64,000 nt of DNA, from assembly GCA_964016885.1 (NCBI GenBank), contig OZ024741.1, positions 106,640,001-106,704,000 of the forward strand, read 5' to 3'. The DNA is from Eledone cirrhosa. Taxonomy: Eukaryota. Of the stretch, positions 31,560 to 44,512 are shown one piece after another (the stretch's first letter is position 1; each line of letters begins with the position of its first letter). The position numbers and the translations under genes are program-made. Under the pieces are notes generated by a model. That model saw only the letters and a program-made list of their open reading frames with translations. It was not told the origin of the DNA and did no database searches.

Positions 31560-32155
31560 AGATATAGAGAAAGAGTTCACCCCAGTACTAGACCGGTACT
31601 TTTTTTTATCGACCACGAAAGGATAAAAGGCAAAGTTGACCTCGGCGGGATTTGAACTCAGAAATTAGAGAGCCGAAACAAATACCATAAAACATTCTAT
31701 CCGACGTTCTTTTTACCCAGAAACATGATCACAGCTTTAAAAAGATTCATACGGACGCTCTCTTATGTTTAGTATTACTGTTGAACTCAGACCGTAAAAA
31801 AACATAGAGTTACACCCCTTTACGGTCTGAGTTCAAATCCCGTTGAGGTTAACTTTGCCTTTCATCCTTACGGGGCCGATAAAATAAAATACCAGTCAAG
31901 CACTGGGATCAATTTAATCGACTCCCCCCCACCCCCCCCCCACAAAAAAATTGCTGTCCTTGTGCCTATATAAGAAACCATTATTACTCTTGAACTCAGA
32001 CCATAAAAAAGCATAGAGTTGCGCCCCTTTACGGTCTGAGTTCAAATTCCGTCGAAGTTAACTTTGCCGTTCATCCTTACGGAGTCGATAAAATAAAGCA
32101 CCAGTAATACACTAGATAATTGCTGGCCTTGTGCCAAAAGTAGAAACAATTATTA
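31560..32155. mobile_element. Cluster of SINE copies (one minus at ~31575-31710, two plus at 31780-31985 and 31990-32155)
   Basis: GAGTTCAAATCCC B-box, GCCTTTCATCCTTACGGGGTCGATAAAAT core and TTGTGCC..AGAAAC(ATT)n tail. Confidence 0.85.
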
Positions 32156-32537
32156 CTCTATTCTTTTACTCTTTCACTTGTTCCAGCCAACTGGCTGAGG
32201 GCACACTTCTAATACTAATTTGTTAGTTTTCGTCTTATGAATATTTAAAAAATAAGTGGAGGCAAGTGAACGTGAAGGGAATTTGGTTGCTATTTTCGTC
32301 CGATCGAGAATAGTGGAAATGTTTATTTAAAATTATTTCATTATTTAGTGCAATGGATTAAGAATTGTTAGTGCGTCACACAGAATGGATTGTAGCATGT
32401 ATTTACATCTCTTTTCGCTCTGAGTTCAAATTCCACCGAGGTTGACTGCTTTTTCATCCTTCTGAGGTAAATACAGTCAATTTTCATAACTTTTGATCTT
32501 AAATTTTAAATTGTTTTTAAAGTTATTTCACTGATTA

Positions 32538-34237
32538 CACCGTGTAACAAAAAAAAATTTTTTCTCTGTTCTTGGCTTGTAATCACTTTTTTTGTGTTGC
32601 TTAGGTCCCAAATAAATAAAAAAAAAAGTGCTATTAAACAGTTAAAAGTTTGGGTTTGTAAAAATTCTAAGCTATTCACTAGAATTATTTGTATGCTGGA
32701 TTTCACATTGTATGTAAGTTTAATTTTTTTATATATGTTTCAGGTTAAATTAAAATTATAAAATAAAGAGTAATACCTAAAGAAAATTATAAAAGGCAAT
32801 AAAGTATAACATTGTTAAAAAATGGATTAAAGAGATTTACTGATGCTGGATTTTCGCACCCTGAATAAAGGGATGAAGCAGTGGAACTTGGTCAAAGAGG
32901 AAGTGCAGGTGACAAGTCAGAGACGTCGACACGAACATTTCTCAGGCTTTTACACTCTTAGGGATGGCCTCTGCTTCTGCCATGACGTGCCTGGACTGTT
33001 TGACGTTATTGGGGTGCCGTTTGTGCCCAAGGAGTAGCGGCTATTTATAGACAGCTCCACCACAAGTTTGAAGGCTGTCCTCCTCCACAATGGAAACAAG
33101 TTCCCGACACTGCTCCTAGCTCATTCAGTCTGCCTGATGGAAGATTACTACAGTATGAAAGTCCTCTTGGAAGCTCTGCAATACAACCAGTACAATTGGG
33201 AAATCATTGGAGACTTCAATATGGTGGCTTTCCTGCTTGGACACCAAGGAGGCTTTATAAAATTCCAATGCTTCCTCTGCCTTTGGGACAGCAGAGCCAC
33301 CTCTGACCACTACAAAAGAAAGAACTGGGAGCAGCGAACATAATTTGTAGTTGGGACCCGGAACATCATGTGGAAGCCACTGGTTCATCTCAGGATTATC
33401 TCATACCGCCACTGCACATTCAGTTGGGGTTGATGAAGCAGTTTGTGAAGGCTCTCAACCAAGAATCAGCCACTTTTAAGTACCTTCTTGAGTTCTTCCC
33501 CAAGTTATCTGAGGCCAAAATCAAAGGTGGAATTTTTGTTGGACCTCAGATAAAGAAGGTGTTTGAGACTACCGAGTTCTCCAATAAGCTCAATAGGATT
33601 GAGAGAACAGCATGGAACTGCTTCAAGGCAGTTGTTAAGGGCTTCCTGGGCAACTACAGAGCTGAAAACTACCAGCAACTGGTGCAGGATCTGATAAAGG
33701 CTTTTGACGCCATGGGATGCAGGATGTCGCTTAAACTCCATATGCTGGACGCTCACCTGGAAAAATTCAAGGACAATATGGGCGCCTACTCAGAAGAACA
33801 AGGCGAACGATTCCACCAAGATGTGAAAGAGATAGAGCGGAGGTATCAGGGCCACTACAATGAAAAAATGATGGGGGACTATATCTGGGGGCTAGTGCGG
33901 AAATGCGACCTGGACTACAACCGCAAATCCAGGAAATCCAGTCATTTCTGACGTGTATAAGTTGCTTTATAAGTGTTATTTGTTTTTACTTGTTTGCTTT
34001 TGATAAGCTTGTGTAATAAAATAAATATATACTCTGTTGATTTAATTATATGAAATGATAAATAAAAAAAAAATGTGTTTTATCTTGAAAAATATGAAAA
34101 TTTCGAAATATCAAACTCCTGACCACAAACCCAAACTTCTGATTAAATAATAGTGTTTTTTTAAAAAATAATAATGGGATATAACAAACCATGAAACGAC
34201 ACTTAGAACCGGGGAACAGAAAATATGTTACACGGTG
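32538..34237 (+). mobile_element. Chapaev3-type (CMC superfamily) DNA transposon, internally deleted
   Basis: Perfect 12-bp termini CACCGTGTAACA/TGTTACACGGTG with imperfect subterminal similarity (AGTTTGGGTTTGT in both ends). TTA duplication at 32535-32537 and 34238-34240. Confidence 0.85.
32843..33951 (+). pseudogene. Disrupted Chapaev3-like DDE transposase
   Basis: Motifs LFIDSS, LKAVLLHNGN, IIGDF, CFLCLWDSRA, PPLHIQLGLMKQFVKAL, SLKLHMLDAH, SEEQGERFHQD. Stops at 33035 and 33341, frameshift near 33390, N-terminus missing. Confidence 0.88.
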
Positions 34238-34261
34238 TTATTTAATTTAATTTTTCATTTC

Positions 34262-34452
34262 AGGCGGTGGAATGGCAGTATCGGTAGAGGGTCGGACGCC
34301 ATGGTTTGAAGCATAGAGTTACCTCCCTGTATGATCTGAGTTCAAATCCCGCCGAGGTTAACTTTGCCTTTCATCCTTACGGGGTCGATAAAATAAAGTA
34401 CCAGTAATACACTGGGTAATTGCTGGCTTGTGCCAAAAGTAGAAACAGTTAT
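34262..34452 (+). mobile_element. Full-length tRNA-headed SINE (central domain resembles the MetaSINE-type core)
   Basis: GGCGGTGGAATGGCAGTATCGGTAGAG A-box, GAGTTCAAATCCC B-box, GCCTTTCATCCTTACGGGGTCGATAAAATAAAGTACCAG core. Confidence 0.88.
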
Positions 34453-35059
34453 TTAATTTCATTTTTATAAATGTTAACATGCTATTTAAAAAAAGGTGCT
34501 AAGGTAAGTGATTCGATTTAAGTTACCTTTTGGGAAAAGCTAAAAAACAACAAAAACGATTTACTTTTCTTTTACTGGTTTGGGTCATTAGAAAGTGGCT
34601 ATGCTGGAGCACTGCATTTATTTAGTCGAAGTTCTTGGCAGATATAAAATAGAAGTGTAAAAAGTGAACGTGGCGAGTATAACTTTTTAGTGGTTGACAA
34701 AATGGAACTAATTTGTAACAGGCGGTGAAAAGTGAAATGTTTCCAGAATAAAACTGTTAAAAGGTGTGTGAAACATGACTAGTATCTAATTTATATAAAA
34801 CCACACCCAGACTATGTGTTTATAAGCTAAGACATAACATTTAAATGAATAACATGGTTAGATCTTGAACCTATCTTCAAACTGTTCAGTTTTATAAATA
34901 CATATATACAACTATTTTGAAACCTGAAACGTTTCCTCTCGAAAGTGTTGCAGATAAAAGATTATCAACTGAATTGTTGAAGATTTGGTTGCTATTTTTA
35001 TTCGATCTAGAACAGAAGAAAAATGTTTCGTTGAAATTATTTCACTATTTAATACAGAC

Positions 35060-35432
35060 GATTGGTAGAGCGTTACACAGAATGGATAGAGAGGGAGGTG
35101 TTCAAATCTCACCGAGGTAAACTTTTCCTTCCATTCTACAGGGATCAATAAGATAAAATCCCAGTCAACTACTGAGTCGATATAATCAACATTTTCATCC
35201 CCACCCAAAATTGCTGACCTTGTGCCTAGATTTGGAAACCTTGTTATTATAATTTGGCAGAAACGTTAAAGCGTCGGAAAAATATGAGTTCAAATTCAGA
35301 CGAGTGCAACTTCGCTTTTTATCCCTCCGAAATAGATAAAATAAAGTACCAGTAACCCACTGGGGTGAATTCAATCGAATTTCCACTTTTCTTCAAATTG
35401 CTGGAATTGTGTCAAATGTAGAAACAATTATT
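35060..35432 (+). mobile_element. Two degenerate tandem SINE copies
   Basis: B-box, core and tail motifs of the same SINE. Confidence 0.7.
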
Positions 35433-36009
35433 CTGAGTCTATCGTGAAGATCACCCCACCGACTTTGTTTAACAGGAAAGAGCGAGAAGTTGTTGTTACC
35501 TGGTGGCTATGGCGAAAGAGACTGTATGGTGTCAATGGCGAAATAGACTGAAAGGCCTAATGACAGACATAGTTCTCTTCGATTAAATTCCTATTAACCT
35601 TTTCAAGTTTCATTTGAAAGGGAAGGTGAGGGTGGAGAGGTAGGTGCTCGCCTCCCGTAAATTTATTAAAAGATGAGTGAAAGTAGCGAAAATAATAAGA
35701 ATGAATAGAACTACTCTCAGCTTGTGTCCACAGGTGGAACAGTGATAACTGGAAGAGAGCACTTGCCTCTGGTGGTCAAGGTGATTGTGAGTGTAGGTGG
35801 TTCCTCAATTAGCCTAAGGCATTGAGAGCTCTATAACAGTAGGAATGAATGCTTTGTATAAGTGTATACCATTCATATCCAACATGTATACTATGCATGT
35901 ATGCCATCCCCATTTTCTCATTTCTATGTAAACCCCCTCCTTAATGTTATAACCTGTTTTTGTATCATCACTTTCAATTGATGCTCGTGAAGCAAATAAA
36001 AGAAATCAT
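35433..36009 (+). mobile_element. Highly degenerate Tx1-like LINE 3' end
   Basis: ESIVKITPP..., VAMAKETVW, LKGL and FHLKGKVRVER remnants, then a 3' UTR ending AATAAAAGAAATCAT. Confidence 0.75.
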
Positions 36010-37159
36010 AAGGCCAGCAATTATCTCAGAGAATAAAGTACCAGTAATGTACTGGTTTAATTACTGGCCTTGTGCCAAAAGTAGGAACAATTATTATTGG
36101 CGACTACTTCTGAAGACGTGTTTTAGTGAGTTCCGAAAGGTTCATTGTTTTAAATTGATTTGAATTGCTAGTTGTAGAAAATGTTTGTTGTTAACTGTTG
36201 ATAAGTTCATATATATTGCTCTCTAAAAAGGACACTCCATAATATTTGGGTCAAAGGCCCAAATATTTTAATTTTAGTCTTTAAAAAATTTTTTTTTGTA
36301 AAAAAATATGGATGGAATACACCTACACCAAAGTTAAGCCATCTGCCATGTGACAGCGGCTCTAACGTTGACACCACTCCCACCACCACCATTATGAACT
36401 TTACTACCATTACCAACACTTCAGAGCGCATCGCTGACAACAACAACAACAACCAAAATTTATCCCGTGCAGCAATTGCAAACAAAACAGATTTTTCTAC
36501 CTTTACCAATATTTACCTATGTGTGAACGCCGCCTTCCCCGCCTCTACAATGTCGGCAAGCCCGTCCAACACCACTACCCCCCTCCCACCACCACCACAA
36601 CCACCACAACTATCCACAACAACAACCAAATTGTGCCAACGAAGAATGGACGGCCTCATAGACCGAAGTAAAATGATAGAGGTGGGAGATTTTCGTTACA
36701 AGCACATTTGAAATGCCACTAACATCAATGATGGTGCATATGTCAGTAGAAAGTTACAAAACATTAGGGAGAGCTTCCCCCACCATCTGGGAGCCGCTAA
36801 TGCAAATGTCATCAGTAGGCTTTTAAAGAGGTTCCCAAAGGAACCTCAACCAGATATGGATGCCAGACCCCTCAATCTCCAACAGCACTCGGAGGGTAAG
36901 TAGCCCCCCCCCCTTTTTTTGCTCTTTACTCTTTCCGACCAACATGGCGGTTATAAGAGTGCTCTAGATTGCTCTTGGTGTTTAGGGTGGTTTTGAATCT
37001 GTGGTGTTCTAAACAACCACTGGGTAATGTTTCCCCTTGTCTTTATTTATTTATTGGTTTCTGTTATTCATTTTTTACAGGTTTTATGTAAATCCCCACT
37101 AACCCTGACTTTTGTATTGTCCTTTATGTTTCGGCCTTATTGGTAAAAAAATAAATAAT

Positions 37160-37772
37160 AATGGTTTCTGATTTAGGCACAAGGCCAACAATTTTTGGAG
37201 AGGAGTAAGTCGATTAAATCGACTCCAGTATGTTACTGGTACTTTATTTTATCGACCCCGTAAGGATGAAAGGGATTAATAATAATAATTGTTTCTACTT
37301 TTGGCACAAGGCCAGCAATAAAGGTACTTTATTTAAGATTTCTAGTATAGGCACAAAGCCAGCAATTTGGGGGAAGGAGAAGTCGATTAAATCGACCCCA
37401 GTATGTGACTGGTGCTTTATTTTATCGACCTCATAAGGATGAAAGGCAAAGTTAACATCGGCGGGATTTTGAACTCAGATGATAAAGTGTCGTAACTCTA
37501 TGCGTCAAAGCATGGTGTCCGACCCTCTACCGATACTGCCAATCCACTGCCCTTAATGATTTCTACTATAGGCACAAGGTCATCAATTTAGGGAAAGAAG
37601 AAGTCGATTAATCGACCCCAGTGCATTACTGGTACTTTATTTTATCGACCCTGTAAGGATGAAAGGCAAAGTTAAATTCGGCGGGATTTGAACTCAAAAC
37701 GTAATGGGACATAACTCAGTGCCACAAAGCATATTGTCCGAGGCTCTACCGATACTGCTAATGCACCTCCCT
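37160..37772 (-). mobile_element. Head-to-tail SINE cluster (partial and full copies)
   Basis: Repeated AGGCACAAGGCC..CTGGTACTTTATTTTATCGACCCCGTAAGGATGAAAGG..GGGATTTGAACTC. Confidence 0.88.
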
Positions 37773-37945
37773 CAAGAAATAACAATAATAATTATTATAA
37801 TAAATGATCAAAACATGAATGGAAGTACGATGAGAGATAATTTGTGGGCAGTAAGTGGGAGTTAGTCAGCTCGAACCATCCATCCATTTGACGAGACCAG
37901 AGATAAATGAACTCACAAACAAACCTTAAAACAACTACAACAATT

Positions 37946-40136
37946 ATACCACCACCATCACCACCACCATCGCCGCCGCCACTGCCACACTCTCCACCAC
38001 CACCGTCATAACCACCGCCATCCCGCCACCACCGCCACCGCCACCACCAACACCGCCGCCGCCGCCACCACAAACACCGCCGCCACCACCACCACCACCA
38101 CCACCACCACAACCACTACCACGACGACGACGACGACGACGACGACCACCAACACCACCACTACCACCACTACGACGACGACCACCACCACTACCACCAC
38201 AACGACGACGACGACGACAACGACCACCACCACCACCACTACCACCACTACGACGACGACGACCACCACCACCACCACCAACACCACCACCACCACCAAC
38301 ACCACCACCACCACTACTACGACGACGACCACCACCACCACCAACACCACCACCACCACTACTACGACGACGACCACCACCACCACCAACACCACCACCA
38401 CCACCACTACTACGACGACGACCACCACCACCACCACCACCACCACCACTACCACCACTACGACGACGACGACGACCACCACCAACACCACCACCACCAC
38501 TACTACGACGACGACGACGACCACCACCACCACCACCAACACTACCACCACTACGACGACGACGACGACCACCACCACCAACACCACAACCACCACTACG
38601 ACGACGACGACCACCACCACAACCAACACCACCACAAGCCACTACTACGACTACGACGACCACCACCACCAACACCACAACCACCACTACGACGACGACG
38701 ACCACCACCACCACCAACACCACCACTACCACTACTACGACGACGACGACCACCACCACCACCAACACCACCACTACCACTACTACGACGACCACTACCA
38801 CCACCAACACCACCACTACCACTACTACGACGACCACCACCACCACCAACACCACCACTACCACTACTACGACGACCACCACCACCACCAACACCACCAC
38901 CACCACTACTACGACGACGACCACCACCACCAACACCACCACCACCACCACCAACACCACCACCACCACTACTACGACGACCACTACCACCACCACCACC
39001 AACACCACCACTACCACCACTACGACGACGACGACCACCACCACCACCAACACCAACACCACCACTACCACCACTACTACGACGACCACCACCACCACCA
39101 ACACCACCACCACCACTACTACAACGACCACTACCACCACCACCACCAACACCACCACCAACACCACCACTACCACCACTACGACGACGACGACCACCAC
39201 CACCACCAACACCAACACCACCACTACCACCACTACTACGACGACCACCACCACCACCAACACCACCACCACCACTACTACAACGACCACTACCACCACC
39301 ACCACCAACACCACCACCAACACCACCACTACCACCACTACGACGACGACCACCACCAACACCACCACCACCACCACTACTACGACGACCACCACCACCA
39401 CCAACACCACCACCACCACCACTACGACGACCACTACCACCACCACCACCAACACCACCACCACCACTACTACGACGACCACTACCACCACTACCACCAA
39501 CACCACCACTACCACCACTACTACGACGACCACCACCACCACCACCAACACCACCACCACCACTACTACGACGACGACCACCACCACCACCAACACCACC
39601 ACTACCACCACTACGACGACGACGACGACCACGACCACCACCAACACTACCACTACTACGACGACCACCACCACCACCAACACCACCACCACCACTACTA
39701 CGACGACCACTACCACCACCACCACCAACACCACCACTACCACCACTACGACGACGACCACCACCACCACCAACACCACCACCACCACCACTACTACGAC
39801 GACCACCACCACCACCAACACCACCACCACCACCACTACGACGACCACTACCACCACCGCCACCAACACCACCACTACCACCACTACGACGACGGGACCA
39901 CCACCACCACCACCAACACCACCACAAACCACTACTACGACGACGACGACGACCACCACCACCACTACCACTACCACTACTACGACGACGACGACGACGA
40001 CGACCACCACCACCACTACCACTACTACGACGACGACGACCACCACCACCACCAATACCACCACAAGCCACTACTACGACGACGACGACCACCACCACCA
40101 CCACCACCAACACCACCACTACGACCCCCCGCCACC
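37946..40136. repeat. 2.2-kb ACC/ACG/ACT triplet-derived satellite with ~36-39-bp higher-order units
   Basis: Recurring AAC-ACC..ACT..ACG blocks. The long poly-V/G ORFs here are repeat artefacts. Confidence 0.9.
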
Positions 40137-41209
40137 AAAATACACTTCAGTGTGAAGTTAATTACATTGTAATATTTTCTAACAATTTATATATTTTATA
40201 ATTTTACTCCGAGTTTCACAAAACTAACCAAACAATAAAATAGACATTTCCGCACTTCTTTCTCTCTCTCCACCCTCTTTCTCTCCAGCCTCTCTCTCTC
40301 CACCCCTCTTTCTCTCCACTCCTTCTCTCACGATCCCTTCTCTCTCTCTCCACCCCTCTTTCTCTCCAGACCTCTCTCTCTCCACTCCTTCTCTCTCTCC
40401 CCCTCTCTCCCTCTCTCTCCACTCCTTCTCCCCCTTCCCCCCTTCCCTATCTCTCTCCACTTTTCTCTCTCCTTCCTTCTCTCTCTCCATCCCTTATCTC
40501 TTCACCCCTCTTTCTTTTTGATTTATTGCTCCACTTTCCCTCTATCGCCCCCTGTCTCACTCATTCACTCTCTCCTCACTTTTGCTTCTTTCATTGTTAC
40601 CACCCTCTCTCCCCCCTCTCTGTCCACCTCCTCTTTCCTCTCTTTCTGTTTGATTTATTCATCTTCTTTCCCTCTATCTCCTCCTCTCTCTTTCCTCACT
40701 TCTTCTTTCTTACCACCCTCTCACCCTCTCTCTCTCTACCCCCTCTCTCTCTCTTTGATTTATTCCTCCTCTTTTCCTCTAGCTCACCCTCTCTCACTCA
40801 CTCACTCACTCACTCGCTCGCTCTCACTCACTCTCACTTACCCTCGCTCACTCTCACGCTATCTCCCTTTCTCACCCCCTCACTGAGTCACTCTCTCACT
40901 CACTCTCACTCACTCTCACTCACTTTCACTTAATCTCCCCCTCTCCCCCTCTCACTCTCTACCCCCTCCCACATATGTGGACAATTCATTACCTTCGTTC
41001 CACCAATTCCCTTTTGTTCTATTAGACATGTTTTTTTTCTTGTTTGCCCCCCCACTTACCTCACCCCATCCTTACCTCCTACATCTACTCCTCGTCGTCT
41101 TCTTCTCCTCCCACTCCCCTCCTCCTCTTCCTACTCCTAACACTTACAACCCACACCAAATAAACCCTTTCCAGGCTGATTTCTCATTAACTCGTAGTTG
41201 CTTTTATCT

Positions 41210-41670
41210 CATCGTCACCACCATCACCATCATCACCATCATCACCATCACCATCATCACCATCACCATCACCATCACCATCACCATCACCATCATCATC
41301 ATCACCATCACTATCATCATCACCATCATCACCATCACCATCATCACCATCACCATCACCATCACCATCACCATCACCATCACCATCATCATCATCATCA
41401 CCATCATCATCATCACCATCACCATCACCATCACCATCACCATCATCATCATCACCATCACCATCACCATCACCATCACCATCATCACCATCATCACCAT
41501 CATCACCATCACCATCATCACCATCATCACCATCACCATCTACACCATTACCACCATCATCATCATCAGTATCACCATCATCACCATCACCATCATCACC
41601 ATCATCACCATCACCATCATCATCATCATCACCATCACCATCTACACCATTACCACTATCATCATCATCG
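41210..41670. repeat. (CAT/CAC)n triplet repeat
   Basis: Direct inspection. Confidence 0.95.
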
Positions 41671-41737
41671 TCAAAATTGTTATCGATCTGATGATGTTCA
41701 TCACCATCCTCTTCATCGATATAAATATGATAATAAT

Positions 41738-41897
41738 AATTGTTTCTACTTTAGGCACAAGGCCAGCAATTACCCAGTACATTACTGGTACTTCATTTTA
41801 TCGACCCCGTAAGGATGAAAGGCAAAGTTAACCTCGGCGGGATTTGAACTCAGATCATAAAGGGACGTAACTCTTTGATACTGCCAATCCACCACCA
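41738..41897 (-). mobile_element. SINE copy
   Basis: Same SINE motifs on the minus strand. Confidence 0.85.
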
Positions 41898-42295
41898 AAT
41901 ATGATAATAATAATAATAATGATGGTGATGATGATGATCTATCATCATCATCACCATCCAAATCATCATCACCATCATCATCACCATCCAAATCATCGTC
42001 ATCATCACCATCGTCGTCGTTATTTTTATCATGTTTAATATTTATTGTCATTGATATCATTATCACTAATTATTATTACTATTATTATAATCTAAACGAA
42101 ATATTTTACTAATTTAGTAATGTGACACACTCACACACATATACACACAGATACGCACACACACACACACACGCACACACTCACACAGACACACGTACAC
42201 ACTCACACACACACAGAGACACATGCACACACACACAGACGCACGTACACACAGATACGCACACACACACACACGCACACACTCACACAGACACA

Positions 42296-42375
<80 letters not shown>

Positions 42376-42652
42376 CACACGCACACACACACACACAAAC
42401 ACACGTACACACTCACACACACAGACACACGTACACACGTATACACACAGGCACACGTACACACGTACACACACAGACACACGCACACACGCACACACAC
42501 ACACACACATACATATATATATACATACATACACAAATATATATATATATATTATTACACACACAGGCATATATCACACACCCACAAACACACTCACACA
42601 CACACGCATACACACACGCATACATACATACATACATACATACATACATACA

Positions 42653-42686
<34 letters not shown>

Positions 42687-42844
42687 CATACATACATATA
42701 TATTTTATTAAGGCTAAATACTGAGTCTTGTTACCCTAGAGTTTCACCTGTTTATCCCAGGGCCATCATACAACAAGTTTATCCCGGGTTCAATCCGGGG
42801 TAACCACAGTAAGTAAGGTCCTCAATACATAGAAGAGTATAAAC

Positions 42845-42890
42845 ATTCCTGATGATTTCTTCCGAATGAAACAGTTCTAGTCCTGTAGAA
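42845..42890 (+). ncRNA. Type I hammerhead ribozyme in element 42720-42905
   Basis: ATTC CTGATGA T-TTC TTCC GAA-T GAA ACAG TTCTAGTC CTGT A GAA. Stem III ACAG/CTGT, GUA triplet. Confidence 0.78.
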
Positions 42891-43596
42891 GCCATTTCTT
42901 TATTAAATATATATGAAATATATATATATATATATATATAACGCAGGAGTTGTGGTAAGGAACCAGATGGACCATAACGCACCAGAGTACTCAATACTTC
43001 TGTTGTTGTTGTTGCTGTTGTTGTTACTGCTGTTGTTGCTTTTGTTGTTGTCGTTCACGCCGTCGTAATCGTCGTTGATGTTATTGTTGTTGTTTTTGCC
43101 GTTGTTGTCGTTCACGTCGTCGTCATCGTTGTTGTTGTCGTCGTTGTTGTTGTTGTTGTTGTTGTCTTTATTGTTAATTGTTGTTGTTGTTTGTGTTTCC
43201 TCGTTCGTTGCTTTCCCCTCCTCTTCACAAAATATGCCAAACGGAAATAATTACGTCCGTGTTTTGTTCTGTTCTGTGTTTTTATTCTTTTTTGTCTTAA
43301 TTTTATTTCAATTTATGGAAAGACCAAGTCATTTATTGTTTACGCGGTTCTAAACTTTCAGAGATGATCGCGGCTTTTTTTCTATTTTTTTTGACATTTC
43401 GCCTCAGAATGAAACCAACCTTCTCGAGTAACCTTTCACCTGTAATATTCCCGCCCAACCTACCCAACCCGAACCTCTGTCACCCGCAGCACATACATCT
43501 TTCCACCTCTCGTGCACCCTAGACAAAATCTATGGCGATGACCGATTCAGAAAAAGGTTACAAATAAAAATTGCGAGAGAGAGAGAGGGGGGGGGG

Positions 43597-43639
<43 letters not shown>

Positions 43640-43905
43640 TAAGTGTGTGAGAGAGGGGAAGAATTGAGCGGGAAAGAAATATTATTTTCCGCAGTTTGAT
43701 TAGAGAATTAATTAAGAATCAATGATTATTTGTCCATTTCTAGCCAACCAGACTTAATAGAAACCGAAAAAAAATTATATTGTGTTTTATCATTAATATA
43801 AAATAAAGAAAATTGTTTTATTGTACTTTTCGCATTATTTCTATTTTATCATTTTACATACGCACACACACACATCTACATATGTACACACACACATCTA
43901 CATAT

Positions 43906-44013
<108 letters not shown>

Positions 44014-44351
44014 AGATATATTATTAATTTTTTTGCTCTGCTCTGACATTTCCTTTTTATTGCATTACATTACATTGCATTACTTTATAGAATAAACTGC
44101 GAATAAAACAGTTTCTATTTTAGTTTTTCCTTGTTTTTTATTATTTAAACAAAGTAAAGACAAATTTACGACATTCTATTAAGACCTTATAACATCTTAA
44201 ATGTGTAAAAGAAGGGAGAAGATTTTAGACGTAAAGAATTAAAGGCGATTCATTTAACGATCTAGTAAGACCCAGTATCATACAAACTCGGGTCTTCACG
44301 TTCACAGAATCTACATTTTCTTCAATATATAATTAAGATGTATACACAATA

Positions 44352-44458
<107 letters not shown>

Positions 44459-44471
44459 GAATATATATCTA

Positions 44472-44510
<39 letters not shown>

Positions 44511-44512
<2 letters not shown>

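Noticed and set aside
34262-34352. A/B boxes as a tRNA gene
   Set aside because: No cloverleaf; it is the head of a multi-copy SINE
36620-37160. Possible further LINE 3' end
   Set aside because: Has a U-rich UTR-like tail but no recognisable protein motif
37944-40119. 706-aa poly-Val and 507-aa Gly/Arg/Ser ORFs
   Set aside because: Stop-free because of the ACN triplet satellite, with no unique coding sequence or splice context
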